This document shows positions 21,127 through 30,212 of a stretch of 33,749 nt of DNA, in pieces. The translations under genes and the position numbers were made by a program. Source of the stretch: a virus. Location: IMG/VR virus record IMGVR_UViG_3300029708_000027, positions 1 through 33,749 of that record. One strand, given 5' to 3'. The notes beneath the pieces are model-generated. The model was given only the letters and a program-made list of their open reading frames with translations. It did not search any database and was not told where the DNA came from. Position 1 is the stretch's first letter. Every line of letters begins with the position of its first letter.

Positions 21127-21666
21127 CTATCCTACTGCTGCCTTATAAAGTGCGTCGTAGTCTGCCACTGACATAGCCACAGAATCCTCTCCGATAACGT
21201 TTTCGGGCGTTTCCAAAGTGAACGTAGTCCAGTTACCGTTTTCGTGCGAGTTGTTGTCAATTGCTGTAGCGGATAACCCGTAATACAGTCCGTAGACGCG
21301 CGGAAACATCCCGTCAGTAGGTTTCGCGATAATCACAAACGACCCGTTAGCAAAAGACTGCATAACTTGCCGCCAAGCGACGTCTACTGTATCAGTGAAT
21401 ATAATTGACGCGGAATGGGTGTTTGCATTTGGCGCGCCGTCGTTAACCTTTAGTGCAGTAGACAAAACGAGTGACCTCTTAACCGTGTCAATTTTGTAAG
21501 CCTTCGCCCCGGACGCTAACGCGAGTCCCGATACAACCATAGTGTTGCCATCCACTGAAAAGCTGGCTATATCCGCTTTATTAATAATAATCGCGCTATT
21601 TAAACCAGTCGCGCCACTGTCGCAATTATAAACGATTGCTCTTGCCAATTTTGAAATACAAGCCAT
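21127..21666 (-). CDS. Structural paralog 2 of 3 (179 aa)
   Basis: N-terminus MACISKLARAIVYNC. LASGAKAYKI matches FASGAKSYKV of paralog 1. C-terminal ADYDAL. Confidence 0.7.
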   Translation of the reverse strand: MACISKLARAIVYNCDSGATGLNSAIIINKADIASFSVDGNTMVVSGLALASGAKAYKIDTVKRSLVLSTALKVNDGAPNANTHSASIIFTDTVDVAWRQVMQSFANGSFVIIAKPTDGMFPRVYGLYYGLSATAIDNNSHENGNWTTFTLETPENVIGEDSVAMSVADYDALYKAAVG

Positions 21667-21668
21667 AA

Positions 21669-22181
21669 TTAAACTGATTTAGAGATTATTGATTCACGGA
21701 CGGCATTATAACACGTCATGTGTGCGTTTCCTGCCGAACCTTCCGGGTCGGACAATGTAACCGTTACAAGTGCTGCATTCGCGTTGCTGTCGAACTCCAT
21801 TGCCGAACACTCTAAAGGGCATTGAACACCCACAATCCCGGCAGAAGCATCTGCGTATTGTACCATCACATAGAACTTACCCGTTGCGAGTGTAGACATT
21901 ATAGAGCCGTCGGCGGGCATCTTAAAAGTCACCGATGTGTTCAACCTCGCAGAAGCGTCTGTTGTTTTAAGGGTTGCGGTGTACTGTAGGTTTTGTTTAT
22001 ACCCTTCCACCTTGTAGCTTTTCGCGCCACTGGCAAAAGATATAGCTGAAACCGCCATCCCAATGGAAGTCAAAGTAACATCTTCTGTGTGCATCAGATA
22101 TATGTCCTTAAGCCCCACTTGCGTAATACCGCAAGGCTGCAAGATATTACCCGAAAGCTTATTTAAACAATTTTTTCCCAT
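21669..22181 (-). CDS. Structural paralog 1 of 3 (170 aa)
   Basis: N-terminus MGKNCLNKLSGNILQPC (Cys5/Cys17, the same C-x11-C spacing) and FASGAKSYKV. It is the first gene after the capsid-gene terminator. Confidence 0.7.
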   Translation of the reverse strand: MGKNCLNKLSGNILQPCGITQVGLKDIYLMHTEDVTLTSIGMAVSAISFASGAKSYKVEGYKQNLQYTATLKTTDASARLNTSVTFKMPADGSIMSTLATGKFYVMVQYADASAGIVGVQCPLECSAMEFDSNANAALVTVTLSDPEGSAGNAHMTCYNAVRESIISKSV

Positions 22182-22190
22182 ATTATTTGA

Positions 22191-22227
22191 AATAAAAAAG
22201 GGGCTGGGTTAATATCCCAACCCCTTT
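22191..22227 (-). terminator. Rho-independent terminator after the major capsid gene
   Basis: Minus strand reads AAAGGGGTTGGG-ATATTAA-CCCAGCCCCTTT followed by TTTATTTC. The 12-bp stem contains one G-U pair that exists only in the minus-strand RNA (it would be C-A in plus-strand RNA). Confidence 0.75.
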
Positions 22228-22246
22228 AATTAGTAAATGATTTTAT

Positions 22247-23191
22247 TTATGTTCTTGCGGTCAACCACAACTGCATTTTCTCGGGTGCTACCAACATAGC
22301 ATCAGCCGCGAACAAAGTCTGTGAGTAGTAGTTACGGCTCTTAGCGTCCTGGATGAACGGAGCGATAACTGTACCAGCGCTTTCCAGTGCAATCTGAATG
22401 TTGTCTTTCGGAGTGAACGCGATAAACGCGGTGTCCAAACCGTCAGCCGTTGCAGCATTAGAAACGTGTCTCAACTCGTTAATCTTGTAACCCTCAAAGT
22501 AATACACCGGGCGGCCGTCTACGATGTCGGACTGTGCTACGCTGTTATCACGGGTCTGCAACAAGTTCTTGTACAAGCGCATAACGTTAGAAGTAACGAA
22601 GAATTCCGAGTTGTCAAGCGTATCGGGGCGCTGTGCGTCGATAGCACCACGCAATGCAGTGAGAACGCCGTCAGTGGTGAGGGTCAATACTTTTTCAGTC
22701 ATTGTGCTGTCCTTGTATTGCTTGATAATACCGCCATTAGTGAAGATACCGTAACCAGTTGCTTCTGCCGATACGTTACCGTCCAACCAAGCCAAACGAA
22801 GCAAGTCAGCCTCCAATACCTTCAATACTTCGGACTGTATAAAACCAGCCAATTCAGTTTCAGAGAAATTGTCATCCAGGTTAATACCCTTTGCAACCAT
22901 CTTACCCCACAAAGACTGCAAACAGATTTCGATAGGCAGTTCGATAGGTGCGTGCTGGTAATACTTAACCTTGTCGGTTACGCTATTGTAGAAGTATTCG
23001 CCACCACATCCTGCTGATTTACGCAATGCCTTGTCGGCTGCTGTAAGGGAAACAACGGGCGTACCGTTAGGAATACCGTTCATTACTGTAATGCCTTGTG
23101 AGATTTCACCGGCAAGTCCTACGGTCAAAGAAATAACCTCGTTTAATGCGTTGAGGTTCAGTTTGTTAAGGTCTGTAAACGTAAAAGCCAT
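22247..23191 (-). CDS. Major capsid protein (HK97-fold candidate)
   Basis: 314 aa. It follows the protease-scaffold gene directly, has an A-rich leader and is followed by a strong terminator. The call rests on position and context, not on a motif. Confidence 0.65.
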   Translation of the reverse strand: MAFTFTDLNKLNLNALNEVISLTVGLAGEISQGITVMNGIPNGTPVVSLTAADKALRKSAGCGGEYFYNSVTDKVKYYQHAPIELPIEICLQSLWGKMVAKGINLDDNFSETELAGFIQSEVLKVLEADLLRLAWLDGNVSAEATGYGIFTNGGIIKQYKDSTMTEKVLTLTTDGVLTALRGAIDAQRPDTLDNSEFFVTSNVMRLYKNLLQTRDNSVAQSDIVDGRPVYYFEGYKINELRHVSNAATADGLDTAFIAFTPKDNIQIALESAGTVIAPFIQDAKSRNYYSQTLFAADAMLVAPEKMQLWLTART

Positions 23192-23208
23192 AATCTTTTG
23201 TTTTTTAG

Positions 23209-24180
23209 TTATTTGTTGTAAAATCTTTTAGCTGCTTCTGCTACAGCCTCTTTTGATAATTTTGTTTCTTTCTTCTTCGGCATGTTAACGGGCGGTACGC
23301 CGGGTTTCGGTGTCGCTCTGTTAAATTGAGCCGTCATAGCCTCTATTGCTGCGGTAAGTTCGGTAACCGATGTTTCCAAAGCTGCCATACGGTTTGCAAA
23401 CTCTTTGGGTACATCAGCGGTAGCCGGGGTTTCAACTTCAGTCTCTTCTTCTTTTACTTCCTCTTCTACCTTGGCTTCTACGCTTTCGATAACACCGTTT
23501 GCAATGGTGATAACCAACACACCGTCCTCAACCTGCACTTCTACTTTGCCGTCCGGGTGAACGTTGCCTTCGCTATCGAAAACCTTGTCACCGATAGCCA
23601 TAACTTCGCCTGCTGCCTCGATAGTGATACTTGCGCCGTCTACGGTTTCTACCGTTTCGGTTGCAAAGCTTGACTTCTTGAATAGCTCTGCGAAAGAACT
23701 AAAAAATTTGTTCATCTTCTTTTCGTTTTGATTATTAAATAAGCTTGTGGTGGCTGCTGGAAGACCTACCAAATCACATGAGTATAACTCAAAAAATTCG
23801 GTAACGTCCAGCACATCACCGTTTAATGTCTGATTGTTTATGCCTACCACCGAAACGCCCAGCATATCGGGTTCGTTCTTTATCATCTCGGAGATGAATT
23901 TTGCCTCCGATGGGTACGCGGCTTGTAGGGCTTCGGATAATTCCAAATCGGCATAGGCTACACCGTCCTCGTAGACGAAGTTAGTGAATTTTCCTAAATA
24001 CCCGTCCAGCATATCCGCCCCGTTATGGGTGCGCCTGCAATGGATAGGCTTTAGGTTGCCGAGCGTTACAACGCTTTGAACTGCGGTCTCCGTAATGACT
24101 AACGGAAATTCCTTGCCTTCGTATGTACCGAAATTGGTAGTAACCCCGGCTTGAATAATTCTAAGTTTTCTAAATTTCAT
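23209..24180 (-). CDS. Prohead protease (HK97/S78-like) fused to a scaffold-like acidic coiled-coil C-terminus
   Basis: IHCRRTHNGADMLDGYLGKF (His region), MLGVSVVG (Ser region), ELYSCDLVGLPAATTS (the L.E.S.V..PA signature). The C-terminus is EVKEEETEVE plus a coiled coil. The start MKFRKL at 24180 lies 26 nt after a TATCTTTG box; the track start at 24237 would include the promoter. Confidence 0.65.
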   Translation of the reverse strand: MKFRKLRIIQAGVTTNFGTYEGKEFPLVITETAVQSVVTLGNLKPIHCRRTHNGADMLDGYLGKFTNFVYEDGVAYADLELSEALQAAYPSEAKFISEMIKNEPDMLGVSVVGINNQTLNGDVLDVTEFFELYSCDLVGLPAATTSLFNNQNEKKMNKFFSSFAELFKKSSFATETVETVDGASITIEAAGEVMAIGDKVFDSEGNVHPDGKVEVQVEDGVLVITIANGVIESVEAKVEEEVKEEETEVETPATADVPKEFANRMAALETSVTELTAAIEAMTAQFNRATPKPGVPPVNMPKKKETKLSKEAVAEAAKRFYNK

Positions 24181-24206
24181 ATAATTTGTCTTTGTTGTAA
24201 CACGTG

Positions 24207-24214
24207 CAAAGATA
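24207..24214 (-). promoter_or_regulatory. Bacteroidota-type -7 box (TATCTTTG) for the protease-scaffold/capsid genes
   Basis: Exactly 26 nt upstream of the ATG at 24180. Preceded by the small hairpin GGCAGT/ACTGCC (24215..24235). Confidence 0.5.
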
Positions 24215-24256
24215 GGCAGTATATAGTAAACTGCCATCTCTGTACGAGTTAATGGT

Positions 24257-26764
24257 TTAAAATGTTGCCAGCCCTTGGACTACTGAAACGTCGTTCTGTC
24301 CGTTGTTGATATCCTGCACCGATACAACCGGGTTGGGCATGCTCATTACTGCGTCGATAACTACCCCGGCGAGTTGGTTAATACTCTCGTTTGATAACTT
24401 CATGCTTCCAGCTTGCTTGACTACCCGGTTAGCCTCGGAAAGCCCGGCAACCATACCGCCATCAGCAAACTTGTAAAGCCCCGATGTACCGAACGAGTTA
24501 CCCCCGTGAGCCTCGTTGAGCGCGGATAGGGCGTTAATCTCGGCGCTTGCTGTCTTCTTCATGATATAGACATTTTCACCGCCTTCCGCCTCGAACACCT
24601 GTCCGTTATCACCCCGGAACGTTACACCGCCTTGTGCATGGGAGCGCCCGTATATCATACCGCCCTTTGCATACTTCTTGACTGACGTGTTAATTTTAGT
24701 ATCGGGGTCTTTCTGTTTTGCAATCGTAGCGACTTGTTTCATACCGAACGCGATAACAACTGCGGCTTGTGCGATACCGAGAATACCACCCGTGGCAAGC
24801 GCTTTTGTTGCACCTAAGTAAGTATTTATTGTCGCTTGAACAACGCCAAATGCCTTACCTATAGCGCTTTGTTCCCCTAAGAGTGTTGACATTTGTCCTG
24901 CAAGACCTGCTGTCATTGTCAGTTCTGCGTTAACGCGCGCTCGGGTGTTTTCCTCCTTTGCCTTCTCATATTTGGACTGTATCAACGCGGTGTCCGCGCC
25001 TATCTTCTCGGCGGCTGCAATCTCCTGCGCGTATTGTGCATCAAGTTGCGCTTGTCTTAAGTCGTACTCGTTTGTTATTTCTGCCATCTTAAGCTCGTGA
25101 AGGTTCGCCGCGTCCATCGCTTCGCGTTCCCTCATAAGAGCGTCCTGCTCTTCTTTACGTTGCATTTCCAACTGCTGTATGCCCAAATTAAATTCGGCTT
25201 CCTTGTTGGCGTATTCCTGCTTTGAGATGAGACCCTGTTCCAATCTGTACTCTTCAAGCTTTAAACTTTCTTCTACGTATGCCTTTTCGTTCTCCAGCTT
25301 GGTTTCCGTCGAACTGTTCTCCAGTTCTTTAGCTTGCATCGAAAGGTTAAGAGCCGTTAATGCTGTTTCCATCTGCTTTATTGTCTCAGCCTGTAAAGCG
25401 CGCTTTTGGTTCTCCGCGTCCTGCGCTGCCTTTATCGCGGCTTGTGCCTTCGCGCTCTCTGCTGCCTTGTAAGCTGCTGCATTAGCTGCTATCCGTGCCT
25501 TTACGATGCCGCTCGCTTGGTTTTCCAACTCTTTACGCTCTGCGATGTAATCCGCTTGACGTGCCTGTAGGTCTGCCAGTGCTTGCATCTCGGCGCGTCT
25601 GTCCTCCTTGCTGGTGTAGCTCAACTCGTTTTGCGCCTTGATTTGGTTGTACTTCTGCTGTAGTACGTCTATCTCGGCTTTTTCCATCTGCTTGGAAATC
25701 GCGATAGCCTTTTGCGCTGCCATGATCTGCTCTTCCGCGGTCTTTAGCTGGTCTCCTGCAATGGTACGTTGCGCCTCAAGTTCCCTGCGCATCGCCGACA
25801 ATGTTACGAGGTTGTTTGTCTCTGCCTCGTATATTGCAAGTTCTTGCTTGGTGAGCGCTTTGGCTGAGTTCGCTGCCTTAGTGGTCTCCTCGGTAATCAG
25901 ACCGATAGACGAAAGCAAGTTTACAACTTTTTCGCTCACCCACTCGAAAGCTTTTGCGACACCGCTCAGCATGTTGGTGATGCCGTCGAGTATCCGGGAG
26001 AAGATAACCTCAAACGGAGCGAATGCCGCCTTTAGGTTTGCCGCCATCTCACTGTTACGTTTCATCAGCTTTTCGATAGTGGACACGAGAACAAGGATAA
26101 CCGAAACAACCGCTAATATCGGGTTAGCTCTCAACGTAGCGTTAAACACCTTTAGGATGTTAACTCCCCCGGAAAGAGAGGTAGCCATAGCCGCTGTAGC
26201 CCCAGAAAGCCCTTGTGTGCTGCTCATTGCTTCCTGTATGCTTTCCGCATAGTTACCTACGTTCCTGCGGTTATCGCCTACTGCCTTTTCCATGTCCTTA
26301 AGCCTGTCGCTTATCTCCTTCGTCTCGGTTACAAGCTTCTGCCCCTCTTCCGTGTTGTTCCTGGTTGCTGCGCTCATCGCGTTTAGCTCCTTGGTATTCT
26401 TTGCCAACTGGGCACGGAGTGCGTCTACACTGTCCTCCTGGCTGTTTAAGAGCGTCGTGTTCGTCTTTATCTCGCGGTTGTTATCGGAGATTGAGGCGTT
26501 AACGTCCAACAACTGCTTTTTCAATTCGATTTGTGCCTTTGCCGCATCGCCTACCGCCTTTTTATACTCGTCTTGTCCGATTGTCCCAGCCTTGTACGCC
26601 TTTCCTGCCTCGTCCAGCTGTTTTTTCTCGTCCTTAAGCGCTGCCATTAGCTGGCTCTTTGTTTCTGCCAGCTCTACGGATTTTGCTATAAGGGCGTCAA
26701 GCCCGTCAAGGGCTGAAGACGTATCAAACGAAAGGTCTAATAGAGTAACTTTTTCTGTTGCCAT
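24257..26764 (-). CDS. Tape-measure-like / ejection protein (long coiled coil with hydrophobic segments)
   Basis: 835 aa, rich in A/E/K/Q coiled coil. Hydrophobic segments ILAVVSVILVLVSTI and GGILGIAQAAVVIAFGM. Gly-rich C-terminal block KGGMIYGRSHAQGGVTF...FADGGMVAG. Confidence 0.6.
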   Translation of the reverse strand: MATEKVTLLDLSFDTSSALDGLDALIAKSVELAETKSQLMAALKDEKKQLDEAGKAYKAGTIGQDEYKKAVGDAAKAQIELKKQLLDVNASISDNNREIKTNTTLLNSQEDSVDALRAQLAKNTKELNAMSAATRNNTEEGQKLVTETKEISDRLKDMEKAVGDNRRNVGNYAESIQEAMSSTQGLSGATAAMATSLSGGVNILKVFNATLRANPILAVVSVILVLVSTIEKLMKRNSEMAANLKAAFAPFEVIFSRILDGITNMLSGVAKAFEWVSEKVVNLLSSIGLITEETTKAANSAKALTKQELAIYEAETNNLVTLSAMRRELEAQRTIAGDQLKTAEEQIMAAQKAIAISKQMEKAEIDVLQQKYNQIKAQNELSYTSKEDRRAEMQALADLQARQADYIAERKELENQASGIVKARIAANAAAYKAAESAKAQAAIKAAQDAENQKRALQAETIKQMETALTALNLSMQAKELENSSTETKLENEKAYVEESLKLEEYRLEQGLISKQEYANKEAEFNLGIQQLEMQRKEEQDALMREREAMDAANLHELKMAEITNEYDLRQAQLDAQYAQEIAAAEKIGADTALIQSKYEKAKEENTRARVNAELTMTAGLAGQMSTLLGEQSAIGKAFGVVQATINTYLGATKALATGGILGIAQAAVVIAFGMKQVATIAKQKDPDTKINTSVKKYAKGGMIYGRSHAQGGVTFRGDNGQVFEAEGGENVYIMKKTASAEINALSALNEAHGGNSFGTSGLYKFADGGMVAGLSEANRVVKQAGSMKLSNESINQLAGVVIDAVMSMPNPVVSVQDINNGQNDVSVVQGLATF

Positions 26765-26775
26765 AATCCAAATTA

Positions 26776-28380
26776 TTAATTTTTAACTGCGATTAACGTA
26801 ACGTTCGCATTTCCCGTTGACACGTCCCAGTTGCTTATCGTTCGGAGATAAAACCAGTAGTTAAGCTCACCTACGAAATAAAGCGCGTCGGACTTCATTT
26901 TCTGTATATCAAAATACGATAGGTTCATTTTAGCCGTCACCTGCCACCCGGGGGAGAAACGGTAGTAATGCCCTGCTATCGTTGCACGGTAACCGCTCGC
27001 ACGGTTGAAATAGTTATCGGGTACGTACGAGCCTGCCAACCTAATCATAGAGGCGTACGGTCTTTGCGCGCCGGGGTTTACCGGGAACGCGCTCTCACCT
27101 ACTGTCTCCTGCGTAGAAATAGCGCCGCCGTAACCGCCTACCGTCTGTTTAAGCGAACCTACCTGTACCACGTATGTTCTTGCCGCGCCAGCGGCTTCCG
27201 ATACTTTGATACTTGACGTGTCTATTTTCCCCGTCCAGTCTACACGGTACTCCGAACTCGTAGACGGGTTGATAAACGGTTTCAGCGTCAACGCAAACGG
27301 GCTTGACCTAAACTCATACGTCCAGCAAAACGCCTTGCAAAATGCCTGCACAATATCGAAAGGCGTATCAATACCCATTGTCTCCACCAAGTCCCAGGCA
27401 TACTCCGGGGCTGTAGCCGAATTAATTCTGAACGATATATAGTACGCTTCCGCATTCGGTACGGTGGTAATAGGCGTACCCGAGTATACCCCCGATACGG
27501 CGGATGTGGTAAAACCGAAGTTCAAATCGCGTGAAGACCTCGGGGTAACCAAACACGATGTACTACCAGGGTTTACCGGGTAATATGGGTGGTTGCCGTC
27601 GGGTCTTACCGCACCGCGCTGAAATGGCAAAGCAAATGTACCGCCGTTGCTTCTAAGATAAACGGTAGAGGGCGCGGTAGGGGGTAGAACGATAAACGAA
27701 TCATCCGTAAACCTTAAATCAAATTCCGAGCCAGTCATGTATGTAAAGCAAGTGGCTACTTCGTTGTTTTCCGCTATCATGTAGTTAGCCGAATATACCG
27801 AGCCGTCCAACCCATCGTGCGCGCCTTTAAAAACCAACTGACTTTCTGCGTCCTTGTAATCACCTGCCTTTTTTGTAACTCGGTCTGCGATGTATGACAT
27901 AAGCACGGGCGTTGTCCCGTTCGCCGCGTATAGTGTAGGCATAGTAACGTCGTTCGGGTACGCGTAATTAAGGCTATCTATATACGTCAAAAACTGATAA
28001 GCCGGTGTTTCAAATTTAGGTATCGCCACCACCGGGGCACGCAATGACGAAAGCTTCGATATGTTTTCTATCAGTTCAAGGCTATACCCGTCCTCGTCTG
28101 CCGTTACACGTACGCGGAACAAACCGCTACCGAACGGAATATTGAAGCCCCCGAAATACAATTCGGCGCGATACGGGGATGTCCTTATGAACTTCCCCGG
28201 GAAACGCTCGGAACGGAATACCCGGTCATTCACTTCTGACCGGGGTACGTTTATCGTCCCGGAGTAACTAACCGTTTGCTCCGTGAACTTTAAAGGGTCT
28301 GGGTTGTTGATAGTAAGTTTCACCGAGTTCGCGGTTACACCGTCTATCACCTCGCCATTAATTCGTATTGTTAAATCCAT
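26776..28380 (-). CDS. Large virion protein (tail/baseplate candidate)
   Basis: 534-aa ORF, beta-rich by eye, within the structural block. No motif recognised. Confidence 0.55.
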   Translation of the reverse strand: MDLTIRINGEVIDGVTANSVKLTINNPDPLKFTEQTVSYSGTINVPRSEVNDRVFRSERFPGKFIRTSPYRAELYFGGFNIPFGSGLFRVRVTADEDGYSLELIENISKLSSLRAPVVAIPKFETPAYQFLTYIDSLNYAYPNDVTMPTLYAANGTTPVLMSYIADRVTKKAGDYKDAESQLVFKGAHDGLDGSVYSANYMIAENNEVATCFTYMTGSEFDLRFTDDSFIVLPPTAPSTVYLRSNGGTFALPFQRGAVRPDGNHPYYPVNPGSTSCLVTPRSSRDLNFGFTTSAVSGVYSGTPITTVPNAEAYYISFRINSATAPEYAWDLVETMGIDTPFDIVQAFCKAFCWTYEFRSSPFALTLKPFINPSTSSEYRVDWTGKIDTSSIKVSEAAGAARTYVVQVGSLKQTVGGYGGAISTQETVGESAFPVNPGAQRPYASMIRLAGSYVPDNYFNRASGYRATIAGHYYRFSPGWQVTAKMNLSYFDIQKMKSDALYFVGELNYWFYLRTISNWDVSTGNANVTLIAVKN

Positions 28381-28384
28381 ATTG

Positions 28385-29404
28385 TTAAGGTTCTATAATT
28401 TCAAACTTGCATTTAAACGCTGCTACACGACCAGCCGCACCGCCTTGTATGTTCAGCGCGTTCGGGTTCTGTATCGTGACCCGTGCCCACTGGTTGGTAG
28501 CCAAAGGGAATACCCCGGCAACCTCGCCCGAACGTGAAAGCCAGTACAACGCGTTTTGGTTATCATCGGTTACTACTACGTTTATTGTAACGTCGTAGGA
28601 CAACACGCGGTTGCCGCCCGAGAAGTTAACCAAGTAGGTAGGAACGATGCGATATTGGTCGAAATACATCGTATCATAAGCGCCTTTGCTGTTAAGCCAT
28701 CGAAGCGTTACCCTCTTGTTGGGGTCCGGGCAATACGGGTATTTACGTTCAAAACGTGCGTAGCCCCATACGCTGGCATCGTTTGCGGTTCTAAACTCTC
28801 TCATGGGCTGGTATGCCGACTGCGATGCGGACGAATTAGCCCAAATGCCAGACGTACCCGTACCGTCGTTCCTAAACCGTAGTCTACCGTCCGAGTTTGC
28901 GGTTTGCTGCCCGTATCTTAGAGCAAAGTTAAACGGTGTACCCGTTAACGGACTGTTAAGAAACGAAGCACAGCTAAAGTCCAACTGGTTAAACATCCCG
29001 TTACCGTAGTCGGATAGATTAATAGTGCTCGCGTCCCAAGCGTTACGCGCGTTTGCTACCGGGGAGTGTACAACGCGCATAGAGATTGACTTCTGCGCAC
29101 CATCCCAGTATTGTATTTGCACCAAGTCGACGAAATCAGTAGCCGCCGGCTCTGCTTTAATGCTCTCCGTTATGCTTGGTGTCGCGGCTGCCATCATCGA
29201 CATATCCAATATAGCACCCTCGTATGAGGTAACGGTAGCCGCTGCCTTGGTAGCGCCATTACGCAAAAAGAAAAGGGCTATACTCGTAACTGAACCTACC
29301 TGCTCCAATCGTATAGGGCGATATATGCCTGCGCCGATGCCGCCAATTACCGTATAGCCAGCTTCCGCGGTGGTTTCGTTAGTTAATAGATTTCGTATAA
29401 TCAT
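28385..29404 (-). CDS. Virion protein (tail candidate)
   Basis: 339-aa ORF within the structural block, with a 4-nt overlap with the upstream gene. No motif recognised. Confidence 0.55.
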   Translation of the reverse strand: MIIRNLLTNETTAEAGYTVIGGIGAGIYRPIRLEQVGSVTSIALFFLRNGATKAAATVTSYEGAILDMSMMAAATPSITESIKAEPAATDFVDLVQIQYWDGAQKSISMRVVHSPVANARNAWDASTINLSDYGNGMFNQLDFSCASFLNSPLTGTPFNFALRYGQQTANSDGRLRFRNDGTGTSGIWANSSASQSAYQPMREFRTANDASVWGYARFERKYPYCPDPNKRVTLRWLNSKGAYDTMYFDQYRIVPTYLVNFSGGNRVLSYDVTINVVVTDDNQNALYWLSRSGEVAGVFPLATNQWARVTIQNPNALNIQGGAAGRVAAFKCKFEIIEP

Positions 29405-29841
29405 TGCTTTTTAGTTAAAATTGTTAATATCTCCGCCCGTACTATCCGGGACACCTCTACTGTGATACGTTGCACCATCTCGGGGGTTAGTATAGAGCTT
29501 GCTACGCCGCCCTCGTTGTGCTCGTTGGGTACTTTAATACCGTCGCGCTTGATAACGTATGCTATCGCGTAGGCCGCTTCTTCGGGTATGTCCGTACCGG
29601 CGTTCGCGTTCTTGTCTTTAATCCACTGCCTAATGGCAGAAACGGGTGGGAAGCTACCAGCCGCCCTCCCGTCCTCCATTTGGTAGATGTATGCCGGGCT
29701 TTCAATCTTAACGCCGCCTGCATACTCTATCACTTCAGTTTCTCTATCGAAGCGACCCGAAGCGTTAAGCCTCATGCGATAGTAGTTAGCTACTATCTCG
29801 TCGCGTATCTGCCTAACTAATTGGGTAACTTCCTTGTTCAT
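29401..29841 (-). CDS. Hypothetical neck/tail-completion candidate
   Basis: 146-aa ORF. SPAYIYQMEDGRAAG weakly resembles the YA..vE.G string of HK97 gp10-like proteins. Low certainty. Confidence 0.45.
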   Translation of the reverse strand: MNKEVTQLVRQIRDEIVANYYRMRLNASGRFDRETEVIEYAGGVKIESPAYIYQMEDGRAAGSFPPVSAIRQWIKDKNANAGTDIPEEAAYAIAYVIKRDGIKVPNEHNEGGVASSILTPEMVQRITVEVSRIVRAEILTILTKKQ

Positions 29842-29843
29842 AG

Positions 29844-30188
29844 TTAAATATACTTAAACCAGCTAAAATGTTTCCTTGTCTTCGGGTAGTATACATCGTG
29901 CTCGTTGTCGTATGCTTCCCTCTCGAAGCTCATGCGGTCATATGGTTTGTCGTTCGGGTCACATGGTTTCTTCTCGAAGCTCCAACCGAAGAAGCGAATA
30001 ACGTACTCGATACCATACCACAAGTAAAACGGCACATACAGCATTTCGCGCATTTGCATCGTGTGGATGTGTTCGTGTCTTAACGTCTTTTCGCTAATAG
30101 CCGCGTTACCACGTACGAAGAGAACGCCGAATAGGTTAATAGCCTTGAAGCCTTTAACCGGGATAATGTTGTTTCTGATGATTTTCAT
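29844..30188 (-). CDS. Small HExxH protein (putative minimal zinc metallopeptidase-like)
   Basis: 114 aa. LRHEHIHTMQMRE contains HEHIH, and a downstream EREAY string offers possible third-ligand Glu residues. It has its own TACTTTTG box 24 nt upstream. Confidence 0.55.
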   Translation of the reverse strand: MKIIRNNIIPVKGFKAINLFGVLFVRGNAAISEKTLRHEHIHTMQMREMLYVPFYLWYGIEYVIRFFGWSFEKKPCDPNDKPYDRMSFEREAYDNEHDVYYPKTRKHFSWFKYI

Positions 30189-30212
30189 GTTCTTTTGTTT
30201 TTAAACAATGCA

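Noticed and set aside
23209-24237. Longer N-terminal extensions given by the ORF track for the protease-scaffold gene (to 24237), terS (to 33112) and the DUF3310-like gene (to 5859).
   Set aside because: The 24237 extension would translate through the TATCTTTG promoter box. The terS extension starts at GTG while a well-placed ATG with an A-rich leader lies at 33049. The 5859 extension overlaps a better-positioned small ORF. The shorter starts fit the conserved spacing rules.
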